Source: Octopus sinensis (Eukaryota). From it: a DNA stretch of 64,000 nucleotides. Numbering within the stretch: the first letter of the stretch is position 1; each line of letters starts with the position of its first letter. Shown here piece by piece: positions 63,011 through 64,000 of this stretch. The notes beneath the pieces were generated by a model. That model saw nothing but the letters and a program-made list of their open reading frames with translations, searched no databases and had not been told where the DNA came from. The stretch is from positions 38,626,001 through 38,690,000 of the forward strand of contig NC_043004.1 in the NCBI RefSeq assembly GCF_006345805.1. The letters are read 5' to 3'. A program made the translations under genes and the position numbers.

Positions 63011-63669
63011 CTGAATAATGACATATATTCATACATACATACATACATACATACATACATACATACATACATACATACATACATACATACATGCATGCAT
63101 GCATACATACATACATACATACATACATACATACATACATACATACATACATACATACATGCATGCATGCATGCATACATACATAATACATAAATACATA
63201 CATACATACATACATACATACATACATACATACATACATACATACATACATACATAAGAATATTAAAGACAAAAAAAATGAACCTTGGAACTCTCTACAT
63301 TCAATAAAACAGTGACCTACAATGTGGCTGCAGTGCCAGTACTCATACCAACATCTGGGCTGCTTAATTGGATGCTTGATGAGATCTGAGCCGTTGATGC
63401 GAAAACACGAAACCAGCAGAAATAATTTCCGCATCAATAGTGACCTAGACCGTCTCCGTCTAAAACATCAAGCCAGACTGCCTTTGAATGTTGTTTCATA
63501 TCCCTTCGGCAAGATAGTTTAAGCACGAAGTGTCGAAGTAGCGACCATCGGCCGTTTGAGCAGTCAGCATCGACGATGCCCACCCACGGTACAGGCGAAA
63601 CTAGGCCTAGTCTAGTAATCATAGACACGGTCATGAGCCGGTTACCTCGCCTGCCAGTATATGTATATA

Positions 63670-63804
63670 TCGTGCTTTTCATGCCGAACCACTAGCTTAC
63701 GAGAACTTAACCGTATCAACAAAGGTTGTCAAGCGGTGGTGGGTGACAAATACAGACATAAAGACACACACACACATAGATACACACACACACATACATA
63801 TCTA

Positions 63805-63896
<92 letters not shown>

Positions 63897-63905
63897 ATCT
63901 ATATA

Positions 63906-63954
<49 letters not shown>

Positions 63955-64000
63955 GGCGGGCTGCTTTGGGTTTTCGTTTACTAAATCCACTAACAAGGCT
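63670..64000 (-). mobile_element. SINE family B (partial) with an expanded internal (TATC)n
   Basis: gccgaaccactagc...ggttgtcaagcggtgg...ctaaatccact match family B in reverse. Confidence 0.7.

Overview
This is AT-rich, microsatellite-dense animal genomic DNA. The tRNA-derived SINE families and repeat spectrum point to an octopus or other coleoid cephalopod (inference). One host gene is recoverable: a divergent M13/neprilysin-family type II membrane metallopeptidase on the minus strand. I assembled 13 phase-compatible GT-AG exons by hand between 454 and 36081 (1402 nt, 467 codons), covering the signal anchor and most of the N-terminal ectodomain. The HExxH catalytic exons would lie left of the window, and a start exon is only tentatively placed at about 41.25 kb. 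The introns and upstream region are filled with decayed mobile DNA: Penelope-like elements (PLEs), R4/Dong-type, RTE, CR1-type and Tx1-like LINEs, mariner and maT remnants, an hAT/Buster deletion derivative with intact ends, non-autonomous Helitrons, MITEs and three SINE families. The most unusual signal is a recurring set of short non-coding modules anchored in (TA)n tracts. They carry type I hammerhead ribozyme (HHR) folds and show tandem or fold-back architecture: a 571-bp head-to-tail array with a template-switch inversion, a 435-bp palindrome with a 1-nt spacer and a near-canonical minimal HHR in each arm, and several solo HHR-like motifs. All folds were identified by eye and none has been tested.
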